Source of the DNA: Methanobacteriota archaeon | GTDB lineage: Archaea; Halobacteriota; Bog-38; Methanoflorentales; Methanoflorentaceae | Direction of reading: 5' to 3' | Assembly: GCA_963720465.1 (NCBI GenBank) | Contig: OY970393.1 | Location: forward strand, 640,001 to 704,000 | DNA: 64,000 bases | The notes under the pieces: model-generated | Database searches by the model: none | What the model saw: only the letters and a program-made list of their open reading frames with translations | Told to the model about the DNA's origin: nothing | Shown: piece by piece, positions 12,438-22,511 of the stretch | How positions within the stretch are numbered: the first letter of the stretch is position 1 | Layout of the letters: every line of letters begins with the position of its first letter | Made by a program: the position numbers and the translations under genes

Positions 12438-13658
12438 CTAGTCGGGTTCGCCCCAACCAGCTCCACAAACTTGCCTGCCCCACCCCTTCTTCGCTGTAAT
12501 AGACCCCTCGTTAAAAACAACTTCGCCGCGCACCATCGTGAGCGATGGGAAGACGCCTTCAAAGCCTTCAAAAGGGGTCCAACCACACTTGCTCCTCATC
12601 AAGCTCGGCGTTATCGGTTTCTTGTCTTTGAGATCAACAAGTATGAGATCTGCGTCAAATCCTTCAGCTATTGCTCCTTTGCTCCTTAAATGGAACCTAT
12701 CTGCCGGAGCCGTGGACACCAAGTCAACAAGACGTCCGAGACCAATCTGATCCAGCTTTGAGAGCAGCAACGGAAGCAGAGTTTGAACTCCTGGAACCCC
12801 GGGAGGCGCATTTGGCATTTTTTTGTCTGCAGTTGAATGGGGCGCATGGTCGCTTGCGACCATATCAATATGATCGAGGTGCGACCACAGCTGACCGACG
12901 TCATACCGGCTTCTAAGCGGCGGGTTCATTGTCCCAAACGGGCCAAGTCTTTTGTTATCGAGCTTGGACAGAAAAAGGTGGTGCGGAGTCACTTCACAGG
13001 TGACATCCTGATCGGAGGCCCGCACCAAATCCAGCCCCGCCGCTGTGCTTAGATGGCTGACGTGTATTTTGGCCCTTACCCCCTTATTGCATTCGAAAAC
13101 CGTTGTGATCCCTGCCGCTTCACTCGGGTTTTCGTCAGCGCGTGTTTCGGCATGGACGCACAAGATGGCATCAAGGCGCTTGATAGTTTGCAGCGCGCAA
13201 AATAAGTTCTCACGCGACTCACGTTGAATGAATGCCTCCCCAAAAGCCGTAGCCCCGAGTCGCCAAACGTCTTCGAGCTGCTCCAGCCTGTCGATAGCCG
13301 CGTTGATGCCATAATCAACAACGGATTTTCGTGCCGCGCGCTGCTTCGCGAAATAGGATCTATCATCATATGTGACCGGTTTCGTGTTTGGTTGGTCTAT
13401 TACAGTAGTAACGCCACCTGCAGCGGCCGCGCACGAACCAGAATACCAATCCTCCTTGTACGCCTCGCCCAAATCGCGAAAATGAACGTGCGCATCGATT
13501 GCACCTGGCAGAAGCAATCGGCCGCGTGCATCTATCCCTTGCCCGCCAGCGCGGATGCGTCCGATCTTTGTGATTGTGCCGCTTTCGATAAGTACATCAC
13601 GGACAACGATGTGACTCTTGTGAAAGACTTTTGCATTTCGGATGACTGTGGCGCTCAT
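12438..13658 (-). CDS. pyrC: Dihydroorotase
   Basis: IDAHVHFRD, GGVTT, CEVTPHHL, MNPPLR, SDHAPH, SKCGWTPFEG. Confidence 0.92.
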   Translation of the reverse strand: MSATVIRNAKVFHKSHIVVRDVLIESGTITKIGRIRAGGQGIDARGRLLLPGAIDAHVHFRDLGEAYKEDWYSGSCAAAAGGVTTVIDQPNTKPVTYDDRSYFAKQRAARKSVVDYGINAAIDRLEQLEDVWRLGATAFGEAFIQRESRENLFCALQTIKRLDAILCVHAETRADENPSEAAGITTVFECNKGVRAKIHVSHLSTAAGLDLVRASDQDVTCEVTPHHLFLSKLDNKRLGPFGTMNPPLRSRYDVGQLWSHLDHIDMVASDHAPHSTADKKMPNAPPGVPGVQTLLPLLLSKLDQIGLGRLVDLVSTAPADRFHLRSKGAIAEGFDADLILVDLKDKKPITPSLMRSKCGWTPFEGFEGVFPSLTMVRGEVVFNEGSITAKKGWGRQVCGAGWGEPD

Positions 13659-13664
13659 CGTCCG

Positions 13665-14231
13665 TCACTCAAGACAGCGCTCAACCACCTCGCCACCAGG
13701 ACGAAGCTCGGAAAAGACCTGGCCCTCAAACACAAATATTTCCGCGCTATCGTCTCGAGGAGTCAGGCCTGCCTTGACGTATGTTTGATCCAAAAACTCC
13801 TGGGCCGTCCAGCAATAATCTGTCGCAACTTGAGGCAAAAGCAATCCTTGCTGCAGCCCTTTCTTTACAATAATACCGTGCTTACCGACCACTATGTCAG
13901 AGGGACCGAAAATCCTTACCGGTTTCGACAGCAGCGTTATCTCCATCGTGATCCGTGGTAACTCGTCCGCCCGCACGGGAGGAAATCGATAATCGTGTAA
14001 GGCCGCGCTGATTGCTGAGTCGATCAGGGCTTCCTTTATTGTCCTATCTGGATAGGGGTACCCCACACAGCCCCTCAGGACGCCTGAATGTAGGGTCACA
14101 AAAACGCCGCCGAGTTCCTCAAAAACGGTGGGGAGGCCTTCCGGCGCTTCTATCCGTTCTCCGGAATTTACCGCCATCACGATGGCTTGACGCGCGAGAA
14201 GCATACCCACACGCGCTTCATCCAGATCCAT
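13665..14231 (-). CDS. AMMECR1 domain protein
   Basis: GVFVTL, LRGCVG, DYRFPPV, GLLLPQV. Confidence 0.9.
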   Translation of the reverse strand: MDLDEARVGMLLARQAIVMAVNSGERIEAPEGLPTVFEELGGVFVTLHSGVLRGCVGYPYPDRTIKEALIDSAISAALHDYRFPPVRADELPRITMEITLLSKPVRIFGPSDIVVGKHGIIVKKGLQQGLLLPQVATDYCWTAQEFLDQTYVKAGLTPRDDSAEIFVFEGQVFSELRPGGEVVERCLE

Positions 14232-14282
14232 GCTTCACATGTTAGTGAATACTTATATTACGTTTGCCTTCGAGATAATCAG

Positions 14283-14576
14283 CGGAGAGGGGGTGAGTGG
14301 CTGCCGGTGGAACACGCTGAGGAAAGTCCTCCCACCCTCTGGACGTGTGAGCGGGGAAACTCGCATGGCGAGAGTCATGGCTCTGGCACAGAAACGATAC
14401 GTCCCTGCAAATATGAGTATGAGGTGAAGAACCGACGAGAGCAGGAGTTACGATGGAACGGCGAATCCTCACAGGTGCAAGCTAAAAAGGGTGAATGAGC
14501 AGTCCGGACGACACCCAGGTTAAGCGCTTAGATGAATGCCACTTGAAACAAAAGGAGGCTTACAACCCCTACTCCA
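14283..14576 (+). ncRNA. rnpB: RNase P RNA (archaeal, probably type A)
   Basis: GAGGAAAGTCC (CR-I), CAGAAAC, GTGCAAG, TAGATGAATG, AAACAAAAGGAGGCTTAC (CR-V); terminal GGAG-AGGGG/CCCCT-ACTCC P1 helix; ends approximate. Confidence 0.93.
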
Positions 14577-14680
14577 CCTTATTATTAAACACTTTTCGGG
14601 CACTCGAGAAAGTTTTATATCAATCTCGCGCAACATATTGCTGCCTTTCAAACTAGAAAACCAAAGGCTTGAGGGAAGAA

Positions 14681-15610
14681 ATGGACTTGAGAGAGCTAGC
14701 AGAAGATATTCGTACTCGTTTTTTGGAACAAGGTGTCACAGTTCCCACTAGCGACATTGAACAGCGGCTGAACAGCCTCGTCTACGATTTCAAAGTGCCA
14801 ATTGAAGAAGCAAGAAGGAGCGTGGTTTCTTATTTTGCCAAACTCCATCCCAAGGAAGGTATCGCTTCCGAAACGGAGGTAATCTACGCAAAAATCGCAG
14901 ACATAAATACCGAAGATAGATGGATCAACCTCCGCGTGCGGGTCGTTCAGCTATGGGAGCCCAATTCACCATCAATAGCACAAGTCGGCCTTCTCGGCGA
15001 CGAGACGGGAACCATCAAGTTTACAAGCTGGTCAAATGCGAACTTGCCCATTCTCAGGGACGGACAAAGCTACTCGATACGTAATGTGGTCACAAAATCG
15101 TGGCAGGGACGTTTCAGCGTTAGCTTGAACAAAACATCCGAAATCGCGCCGCTCGATGAAGAGGTAGCAGTCGGTCGCGCAGAGGAGGAGATCTCTGGTG
15201 CAATTATCGATGTGCAGTCCGGCTCGGGATTAGTAAAAAGGTGTCCGGAGTGCAGTCGAGTCGTGGTTAAGGGGCACTGCGCGGAGCACGGCGAAGTAAC
15301 TGGAGTTTACGATTTGCGCGTCAAGGGTGTGCTCGACAACGGCGAGATCGTGTCAGACGTGCTCTTTAACCGAGAGATGACGGAAAGATTGACTGGAATC
15401 ACGCTGGAGGCAGCTAAAGAAATGGCCATGGAAGCACTCGATCAAAACGTCGCCGCAGACGCGATGAAGGCCGTCGTCATCGGACGCTACTATAGGGTCC
15501 GCGGCAACAAAACCCCGCGATGGCTGCTGATAACAGATTTTGAAGAGCTGCCTAAGATGGACGAGGATGACATTGATGCTGTCCTCAAGAGGGCGCAGGG
15601 GAGACTTTAA
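14681..15610 (+). CDS. Replication protein A (OB fold plus Zn finger)
   Basis: QVGLLGDETGTIKF, GSGLVKRCPEC...CAEHG, DLRVKGVLDNG. Confidence 0.9.
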   Translation: MDLRELAEDIRTRFLEQGVTVPTSDIEQRLNSLVYDFKVPIEEARRSVVSYFAKLHPKEGIASETEVIYAKIADINTEDRWINLRVRVVQLWEPNSPSIAQVGLLGDETGTIKFTSWSNANLPILRDGQSYSIRNVVTKSWQGRFSVSLNKTSEIAPLDEEVAVGRAEEEISGAIIDVQSGSGLVKRCPECSRVVVKGHCAEHGEVTGVYDLRVKGVLDNGEIVSDVLFNREMTERLTGITLEAAKEMAMEALDQNVAADAMKAVVIGRYYRVRGNKTPRWLLITDFEELPKMDEDDIDAVLKRAQGRL

Positions 15611-16182
15611 TGTCATTGAGACAACGGGAGGTAGCACGACGCCTCTATGCGAAAGAGCTTAATGAGTCGACGCTCGTCTACAAGGAACACGAAGACACCT
15701 ACGCGCCACAGTATCTTTTGACCCCAACAGGCGCCAAATGTAATCGGGTTTTTGTCGTCGGTACACTTACCGAAAAGGAAAACGTTGGCGTTGATTCTGA
15801 CTACTGGCGCGCTCGACTGGCCGATCCGACAGGCGTTTTTCCCATATACGCCGGACAGTACCAACAACAGGCAGTCACCCAGCTGAGCGCAATAGAAGTA
15901 CCTGCGTTCGTGGCTGTCGTAGGCAAGCTGAACGTATTTCGCACTAACGACGGTCCGGTCAAGGTATCCATACGCCCTGAATTCATCAACGTTGTCGATT
16001 CCGAAACACGAAACAGATGGGTTTTAGAAACTGCCGAGAAAACCCTTGAGCGGATAGAACGGTTGCAACTCAACAACGACGACGCCGCAAAAGTCCGCGA
16101 TTACTATGGCACAGATACAAGCCTTTACGTGGAGATCGTTATCGAGGCTCTTAAAGCACTTAAAAAAGAGTACGAGACGTGA
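15610..16182 (+). CDS. RPA-associated OB-fold protein
   Basis: REVARR, LTPTGAKCNRVFVVGTLTE, DPTGVF..YAGQYQ; translationally coupled to RPA (TAATG). Confidence 0.88.
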   Translation: MSLRQREVARRLYAKELNESTLVYKEHEDTYAPQYLLTPTGAKCNRVFVVGTLTEKENVGVDSDYWRARLADPTGVFPIYAGQYQQQAVTQLSAIEVPAFVAVVGKLNVFRTNDGPVKVSIRPEFINVVDSETRNRWVLETAEKTLERIERLQLNNDDAAKVRDYYGTDTSLYVEIVIEALKALKKEYET

Positions 16183-16242
16183 GCACAATCGGTCGGACAG
16201 GTCGGAAGTCGACGTCATCGCGCCCCCAATCGGAGTCTAACA

Positions 16243-17043
16243 ATGCTATATGGTGTCTCTTCAGCGATTGAGCTTGACGTTGAAGAATTTATCGTAAGCG
16301 CCGCTACGACCTTTAATGCTATCGAGCTAGTTTCTGAGTTTCCCCACGTCCACTATAGCACGCCTAACGTGAGCCTGCTTTCTGAGCTTAAGCGGAGCTA
16401 CGGTCTCACGTATACGATGCACGCACCTTTCTGCAGCGTAAATCTTGCTAGCATTAATCCCAAGCTTCGTAACGCGTCGCTTAACGAAATACTCAACTCG
16501 ATCACGTACGCACGCGAACTCGGCTGCGAATTAGTCGTGGTTCACCCTGGTATCGTCAGCCATCCAAGAAGCTTGCAAAAATTCGAGCGAATTTCAAAGG
16601 AAAATCAACGCGACTCTTTTTTACGCATATGTGAGAAAGCAGAGGGCGAAAAAATTCTTGTCTGCATAGAAAATATGCCGCGGTTCCCGCCCGCTTTTAA
16701 AGAAACCTGGACTGGCGACGCTCTCGTAGAAATCGTCGACGAACTGAGATCGAGGTTCTTGCAGGTTGCCCTAGATGTGGGCCACTGTAACACCACCGAC
16801 GTTCCTATACCACAAATGATTCATAAATTCGGCGCGCGAATCAAACACGTGCACATCCACGATAACGATGGGTTTCGAGAAACGCACGCAGTTGTTGGGC
16901 AAGGATCGGTTCCGTGGCGAGCTGTCATTGAGGCACTAAACAAAATAGGATATGACGGGCTCCTAATAGACGAACATCGAACGATTGAAGGACAAAAGCG
17001 CGGAAGAGACTATCTAGAACCAATCATCCAGTCTTTCTGCTAG
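16243..17043 (+). CDS. Sugar phosphate isomerase/epimerase (AP endonuclease 2 TIM barrel)
   Basis: HAPF, VVHPG, IENMP, LDVGH, HVHIHDN. Confidence 0.85.
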   Translation: MLYGVSSAIELDVEEFIVSAATTFNAIELVSEFPHVHYSTPNVSLLSELKRSYGLTYTMHAPFCSVNLASINPKLRNASLNEILNSITYARELGCELVVVHPGIVSHPRSLQKFERISKENQRDSFLRICEKAEGEKILVCIENMPRFPPAFKETWTGDALVEIVDELRSRFLQVALDVGHCNTTDVPIPQMIHKFGARIKHVHIHDNDGFRETHAVVGQGSVPWRAVIEALNKIGYDGLLIDEHRTIEGQKRGRDYLEPIIQSFC

Positions 17044-18091
17044 ATGATGGCGCGCTGTTCGCGTGTTCTTTAAGGAACGATATTGCCTTTTCGATTGGTA
17101 GGCCCTTCTTTTTTGCCCCGATGTTTGCTATAGAGGCAATATCGACGCCCGAACTAAGTTCTATATATCCAAGACGCTGTGCTAGTTTCAAAAAACCTTC
17201 CCCGACATCGGTTCGCACAATTACAACCGTGTGTCCAGGCGAGGCGCCAACGCTTCCAAACGACAAATCGGCGTCTTCGCTGGTAAAGTCCACACAGTGC
17301 TCGCACCCAGGTCTCTTTGACGTGCGTAATCCTTTTAGAGGCAACTCGAGCGTAGTATCATCTCTCAGTTTCACGATGAACTTTCCTTTGACATCGAAAC
17401 CGCTTATCTCCCACGGCTTGATTCCGTGGCCAATTCGCAACTCTTCGAGAAGACTATCCGTAAATATTTCTGTGCAAAACAGCCCGAGCGAAACTCGAAT
17501 TGCGTTCTTGTATATTGACAAGACGTCGACGTTCGATTGCCGAATCCTTCTGACCGCACTCGTTACGCAAGGCGTCCCGACTATAGCAATCTTGTGCAGC
17601 TGTCTGTCTGCTATGGCTTCTCTGAGTGCCTTCAAAATAGGCGCCCACACGTATCTTGATCCTGCCGCCCCAAGAACCGCGTCCCGCGTTTGAACGAATG
17701 CGGGCTGGGCTGCTTGGCTCCATTTATCTACGCCCATCACGATCGCGCCATCAATCGAATTCGATTCGAAAGCGGCTGCGAGTACGGAGCTGACTACTCC
17801 GCCTGATTGGGCGCCAGAAACGCGAATCTTGGATTTTGATTCGTATATAGATATAATATTACCAAAACCTTCAGAGCAGGTTTCATCAGCTCTCGGACAA
17901 GCATAATAACAAGCCGCGCAAGGAACATCATCACGCGTCACTTTGCAATAGTCATTCGACTTCGGATGGCTAGGCTCCTCGTCAAAATAAAGGGCTTCTG
18001 TCGGGCATACGCCAACACACGCTCCGCATCCGCAGCATTTTTCCGTATCCCAGACTTTCCGTTTCAAGTCTTTGTATGAGAGAAGGTCCAT
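17024..18091 (-). CDS. FrhB-family (F420-binding) Fe-S flavoprotein, probable electron-donor subunit of glutamate synthase
   Basis: CCGCGACVGVCP, QSGGVVS, AIVGTPC, GLFC, GCEHCVDF; last gene of the glt cluster. Confidence 0.88.
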   Translation of the reverse strand: MDLLSYKDLKRKVWDTEKCCGCGACVGVCPTEALYFDEEPSHPKSNDYCKVTRDDVPCAACYYACPRADETCSEGFGNIISIYESKSKIRVSGAQSGGVVSSVLAAAFESNSIDGAIVMGVDKWSQAAQPAFVQTRDAVLGAAGSRYVWAPILKALREAIADRQLHKIAIVGTPCVTSAVRRIRQSNVDVLSIYKNAIRVSLGLFCTEIFTDSLLEELRIGHGIKPWEISGFDVKGKFIVKLRDDTTLELPLKGLRTSKRPGCEHCVDFTSEDADLSFGSVGASPGHTVVIVRTDVGEGFLKLAQRLGYIELSSGVDIASIANIGAKKKGLPIEKAISFLKEHANSAPSSSRKTG

Positions 18092-18105
18092 CTCGCCTCC
18101 GCAAC

Positions 18106-18846
18106 TTATTCACAGGTATACAATGCGGCGTATGGCCTATGAGACAGTGGGGCAATCTTCGTGAATTCAGCGTCAAGAATGCCCTCGCGGTCAAGGCCAA
18201 AAACCTGACGGTCCTCCTTGAGAACTTTTTTAATAGTGATTTCGTCGTCTGCAGTCAGCCGAAATTGCGACGCGCCGTTGCCGAGCTTGCTCTCGTCGAC
18301 GTTGCCCCTAACGTAAATAGCGCCGCCGTGTTGTCCTGTCGCTATCCAATCGCCTAAAATCTCAGCTTTTTTGGTCCTGTTATAAATTCCCAAAACAATG
18401 ATTATGCCGCCCGCCATGTACTCTCCGAGAAAGTCACCAGCACGTCCACCGGCGACGATTATGGGCACGTTGGACTTGTAAGTCTTCATATGTATGCCGA
18501 CTCTGTAGCCGACGTCGCCGCGGACAAAGATTTTGCCCCCTCTCATACTGTGACCCAAAATGTCTCGCCCGTCCCCGTGTATGATAATCTTCCCGGAACT
18601 CATGGTGTTTCCGACGCCGTCTTGAGCGTTACCAAAGACGGTTACCGTTGGACCGTCCATAAACATTCCCAAATCGTTTCCAGGGGTGCCGTAGATATCG
18701 ATGTTGAGCTTGCCTTTGAGGCAGTCAGCAATAAACCTTTGGCCGTTTACGTCCTCAAGCGTCAACTCAGCTACGCCAGCCTGAACCGCCTGGAAGATCT
18801 CCTCATTGAGCTCCTTGTAATGCTTATAATTAGCTACTATGCGCAT
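18106..18846 (-). CDS. Glutamate synthase GXGXG (domain 3) subunit
   Basis: GTPGNDLG, GNAQDGVGNTM, GDFLGEYMAGG. Confidence 0.9.
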   Translation of the reverse strand: MRIVANYKHYKELNEEIFQAVQAGVAELTLEDVNGQRFIADCLKGKLNIDIYGTPGNDLGMFMDGPTVTVFGNAQDGVGNTMSSGKIIIHGDGRDILGHSMRGGKIFVRGDVGYRVGIHMKTYKSNVPIIVAGGRAGDFLGEYMAGGIIIVLGIYNRTKKAEILGDWIATGQHGGAIYVRGNVDESKLGNGASQFRLTADDEITIKKVLKEDRQVFGLDREGILDAEFTKIAPLSHRPYAALYTCE

Positions 18847-18854
18847 GAGATTAC

Positions 18855-20363
18855 TTAGCTGCCTGCCGGTTGGACGCCGAGTATTTCCAAAGTGGTGTGA
18901 TCCAGACCATAGCCCCTGAGCCTGTCGCGATTTCCTCTCAGACTTTCGATTGAGTTTATTCCCGCTGCGCCTAGGATCTCTTTCAGCTCAATCGACCAAG
19001 CCAATAGCAAGTTCGACACACGCTGGGCACCTACAACGGGATCGAGTCGCGACCTCAGTCTCGGATCTTGCGTAGCTATCCCCCAAGCACATTTACCGGT
19101 ATAGCATCGCTTACACACAGTGCAGCCGAGCGCGATGAGGGCAGCAGTGCCTATCTTCACAGCGTCAGCGCCAAGAGCTATCGCCTTTGCGACGTCGCCG
19201 CTGTTCCGAATAGTGCCACTAGCAATTATGCTTGTTTCATTCCGTATACCTTCTTCGCGTAATCGCTGATCCACACTCGCAAGTGCCAGTTCGATGGGAA
19301 TTCCGACGTTATCTCGAATGACCTTGGGAGTGGCACCTGTGCCTGCTCGAAATCCGTCGATTACGATGGCATCCGCGCCTGCGCGACAGATACCACTAGA
19401 GATTGCAGCAACGTTATGAACAGCAGCTATCTTAACTAAGACGGGTTTCTTGTATCGTGTGGCTTCCTTTAGGGAGTTTACGAGTTGGGCGAGGTCCTCT
19501 ATCGAGTAGATGTCGTGGTGCGGGGCCGGACTTATAGCATCTGCTCCTATCGGGATCATTCGCGTTTCGGATATTTCATCTGTTATTTTAGTACCCGGCA
19601 AGTGACCACCAATCCCCGGTTTTGCGCCTTGACCGATCTTGATTTCAACGCCGGCCCCGGCTTCGAGGTAGGCCGGGTGAACGCCAAACCTTCCGCTAGC
19701 AACTTGCACAATGATGTGGTCTGCATACGGGTAGAGCTTCTTATGAAGGCCCCCCTCTCCCGAACCCATAGTTGTACCGCGCATTACCGCAGCACGTGCT
19801 AGCGCCTCGTGTGCTTCAACACTAATAGCTCCGTAGGACATTTGGGCTATCATAATTGGAATCTCAAGCTTAAGCGCTGGCGAAAGCTCGGTCTTAAGTC
19901 TGAGACTATCACCTAGCCCTTCAAGCTCGACTAATCGAGGCTTTCGACCTATATAAGTTCGAAGTTCGATTGGCTCCCGCAAAGGGTCGATTGCGGGGTT
20001 TGTTACCTGACAGGCATCAAGAAGCAGATTGTCGAAGATGACGCGTTCGTGAAGTTCGTTCCCAGTGCTAGCCAGGAGTATAGCACCTGTTTTCGACTGC
20101 GTGAATACGTCCCTCCGAGCGTTCTCGGTCCAAATTGGGTGGGCGCTCATGACCGAGGGCGTTCGGCGAAGCGCTATGGCATCCTCAGGGCACATACTTA
20201 CGCATCTCTGGCACGCAACGCACCGATCGTCAAATGTCTTGACTTTGTTATCCCGCCATTCTAGTGCGCCGAACGAGCAGTTCTCGATGCACCTTTTGCA
20301 CAGCCTGCACGCTTGCCTGTCAATGCTCACCCTGAACTCGGGAACGGAACTATACATCTCCAT
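18855..20363 (-). CDS. Glutamate synthase FMN-binding subunit with N-terminal 2x[4Fe-4S] ferredoxin
   Basis: CRLCKRCIENC, CVACQRCVSMCP, MSYGA, QVASGRFGV, EIKIGQGAKPG, SPAPHHDIYSIEDL; start reset to MEMYSS. Confidence 0.93.
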   Translation of the reverse strand: MEMYSSVPEFRVSIDRQACRLCKRCIENCSFGALEWRDNKVKTFDDRCVACQRCVSMCPEDAIALRRTPSVMSAHPIWTENARRDVFTQSKTGAILLASTGNELHERVIFDNLLLDACQVTNPAIDPLREPIELRTYIGRKPRLVELEGLGDSLRLKTELSPALKLEIPIMIAQMSYGAISVEAHEALARAAVMRGTTMGSGEGGLHKKLYPYADHIIVQVASGRFGVHPAYLEAGAGVEIKIGQGAKPGIGGHLPGTKITDEISETRMIPIGADAISPAPHHDIYSIEDLAQLVNSLKEATRYKKPVLVKIAAVHNVAAISSGICRAGADAIVIDGFRAGTGATPKVIRDNVGIPIELALASVDQRLREEGIRNETSIIASGTIRNSGDVAKAIALGADAVKIGTAALIALGCTVCKRCYTGKCAWGIATQDPRLRSRLDPVVGAQRVSNLLLAWSIELKEILGAAGINSIESLRGNRDRLRGYGLDHTTLEILGVQPAGS

Positions 20364-21417
20364 CCACCATCGCGATTGTCGGCTCTCCCGCGCGTGGCGC
20401 CCACACGTTGTCTGGATTCTTGCAGACAGCCTTGATCGCACTCTCCTCGCTCGCCATGAACGTCGTGCCATTTTTTCGAGCACAGATGAGTGGCCGCAAC
20501 TTGATTCGGTCCGAGAGTCCCACCATAGTACCATTGCCTGCAATTCCGGTGAGTCCTGAACCATTTGCAATGACAATGCCAAACGGTCCGTTGACCATTG
20601 CAGGACCGTAGGTTATTCTCAGCGCCTCTATGATCCGCCTCTTCTCAGGCGGCATTCGCTCGATCTGTTGCCAGAACGGAGGAGCTAGTACCTCGGATGC
20701 GAGTTCGATGGGCAACTTGTGTCTCCTGATCAAAAGATCCCACAAGTAAGCCAAAACTTCAGAATCTGTAAAATAGCTGCACTTATACCCGTACGACTCA
20801 AGGAACCGTTTGTTAGTTCCGTAGCTGGTAATCTCTCCGTTATGCACAATGCTGTAATCTAAGATGCTAAATGGATGTGCCCCGCCCCACCAACCGCGCG
20901 TGTTTGTAGGGTATCTCCCGTGAGCCAACCACATATAGGCCTTGTAGTTCTCAAGCTTGTACAGCTTTGCTACTTCGTCCGGGTAGCCAGTGGCTTTGAA
21001 AACGCCCATGTTCTTGCCACTCGAGATGACTAACGCGCCGCCTGTATTGTTAATCTTCATCGCAAGATCAATGATATAATTGTCTGCATCGCTAGTGTAC
21101 CGTTCAGGCACGTCAACAAAGAAGCGCCAGGGGATGTAATCTTGTGATATACGTTCCACGTTGCGCGTTTCAATTTCTTCGTCTTTATAAATATTGACGT
21201 AGTCCTTAAGCATCTCAGCTACTTGATCTTTCAGTTCAAAATCCTTCAGAAGGATATGTAGGGCGTAGTAGTCTTTGTATTCCGGGTATAATCCATAAGC
21301 TGCGAATCCTCCTCCTAGTCCATTGCATCGTTCATTCATCAAGCTAATTCCCTCGACAATGTATTTTGCAGAAAGAAGCTTGCGGTCTTCATTTACGATG
21401 CCTAATATGCTACACAA
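20350..21417 (-). CDS. Glutamate synthase class II glutamine amidotransferase subunit
   Basis: TTG start followed by the Ntn Cys (CSILG), AHGRYPTN, GGAHPF, HNGEI, TDSE, DRIKLRP. Confidence 0.92.
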   Translation of the reverse strand: MCSILGIVNEDRKLLSAKYIVEGISLMNERCNGLGGGFAAYGLYPEYKDYYALHILLKDFELKDQVAEMLKDYVNIYKDEEIETRNVERISQDYIPWRFFVDVPERYTSDADNYIIDLAMKINNTGGALVISSGKNMGVFKATGYPDEVAKLYKLENYKAYMWLAHGRYPTNTRGWWGGAHPFSILDYSIVHNGEITSYGTNKRFLESYGYKCSYFTDSEVLAYLWDLLIRRHKLPIELASEVLAPPFWQQIERMPPEKRRIIEALRITYGPAMVNGPFGIVIANGSGLTGIAGNGTMVGLSDRIKLRPLICARKNGTTFMASEESAIKAVCKNPDNVWAPRAGEPTIAMVDGDV

Positions 21418-21594
21418 GTTTACTACCACCCCGTTTTTTTATTTTTTTAATTTTTATAAAATTTTTGTGTTGTCAACGTCTACTATAACAGCCAGAGAGA
21501 GACTTTCATCACTAGTGAATCTATTTGACTTGCAAAATTGTTTTAGGAGCGCGTCCCTTCCTCCTTCAGCTCTGCCAGTGGAGAATAGGGTTTT

Positions 21595-21608
21595 GGAAAC
21601 ACGGTTCC
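21595..21608. promoter_or_regulatory. NrpR-type nitrogen operator GGAA-N6-TTCC just downstream of a minus-strand TATA box of the glt operon
   Basis: GGAA-ACACGG-TTCC at 21595-21608; TATA-like run at about 21618-21625; upstream of nitrogen-assimilation genes. Confidence 0.72.
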
Positions 21609-21943
21609 TATGATTCATATATATACCTATTGTAAAATATAATTTATGTATGCAGCGCTGAAGACGACAATCGAGTACTACCCAAAAATAGCTTTTTTAC
21701 CGCAAAAAATCTGAATAAACAAGAGCATGCGGGACATCTTGCCGTTCTTTAACTTGCAAGATAGACAGCGAAGAAATGCTTCAGCTTTTGCGGAGCTCGG
21801 ATTTGTAGACTAAGCACACCTCGAGCGCTAGTTTAAACGAGTTGGCGGCTCGACCCGCACCAGTCTCGGCGCCTTTCACAGGTGAGCTTTTTTATGTGAA
21901 GGCTACTTTCTACTAGTTAACACGCAATACCTTAAGGGATCCT

Positions 21944-22402
21944 ATGGTCGAAACTAAAAGCATTTTGATCGTCGACGACGATGAGACAATCCTAACAGTC
22001 CTGAGAGAGATTCTACAGCTAGACGGCTACCTAGTTGAGACAGCTTCTACCGGCAAAGAAGCTATTGAGAGGTCGGATGCTGCCTTTTTCAACTTATGCC
22101 TGCTGGACATCAAGCTACCAGACATGGAGGGCACTGAGCTTATCACTGAACTGCATAAGACCAATCCACAGATGATAAAGATAATCATCACTGGGTTCCC
22201 GAGTTTTGAGAATGCAGTGAAGTCCCTTAATCTCGGAGCGGACGCGTACATTATGAAACCCGTAAATTCCAAGGAATTACTTGAGCTAGTGTCAGAAAAA
22301 ATCAAAGTGCAGCAAGAGGAAAACCAAATGAGCGAGGATAGAGTCTCCGATTGGGTAAAAGATCGAGTTCGCCAGATTGAGCGAGAACAAGATAAAGATT
22401 GA
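21944..22402 (+). CDS. Response regulator receiver protein with C-terminal helical extension
   Basis: ILIVDDD, LLDIKLPDMEG, IITG, YIMKP. Confidence 0.92.
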   Translation: MVETKSILIVDDDETILTVLREILQLDGYLVETASTGKEAIERSDAAFFNLCLLDIKLPDMEGTELITELHKTNPQMIKIIITGFPSFENAVKSLNLGADAYIMKPVNSKELLELVSEKIKVQQEENQMSEDRVSDWVKDRVRQIEREQDKD

Positions 22403-22511
22403 GACTTTAAGCTGGAGCCGCTGCTATGTGAGCCCAAACCTTGTAAGCCAGCGCAATAAGTCGCAGCAGACCTGCGCTCCATATCGTCTTTGACTAGAAC
22501 TTTAGCAAGCC

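Noticed and set aside
14187-14498. ORFs over 14.2-14.5 kb
   Set aside because: They overlap the RNase P RNA gene and are spurious.
20364-20582. Long N-terminal extension of the FMN glutamate synthase subunit
   Set aside because: It overlaps the GATase gene in another frame. The real start is MEMYSS or MYSS.
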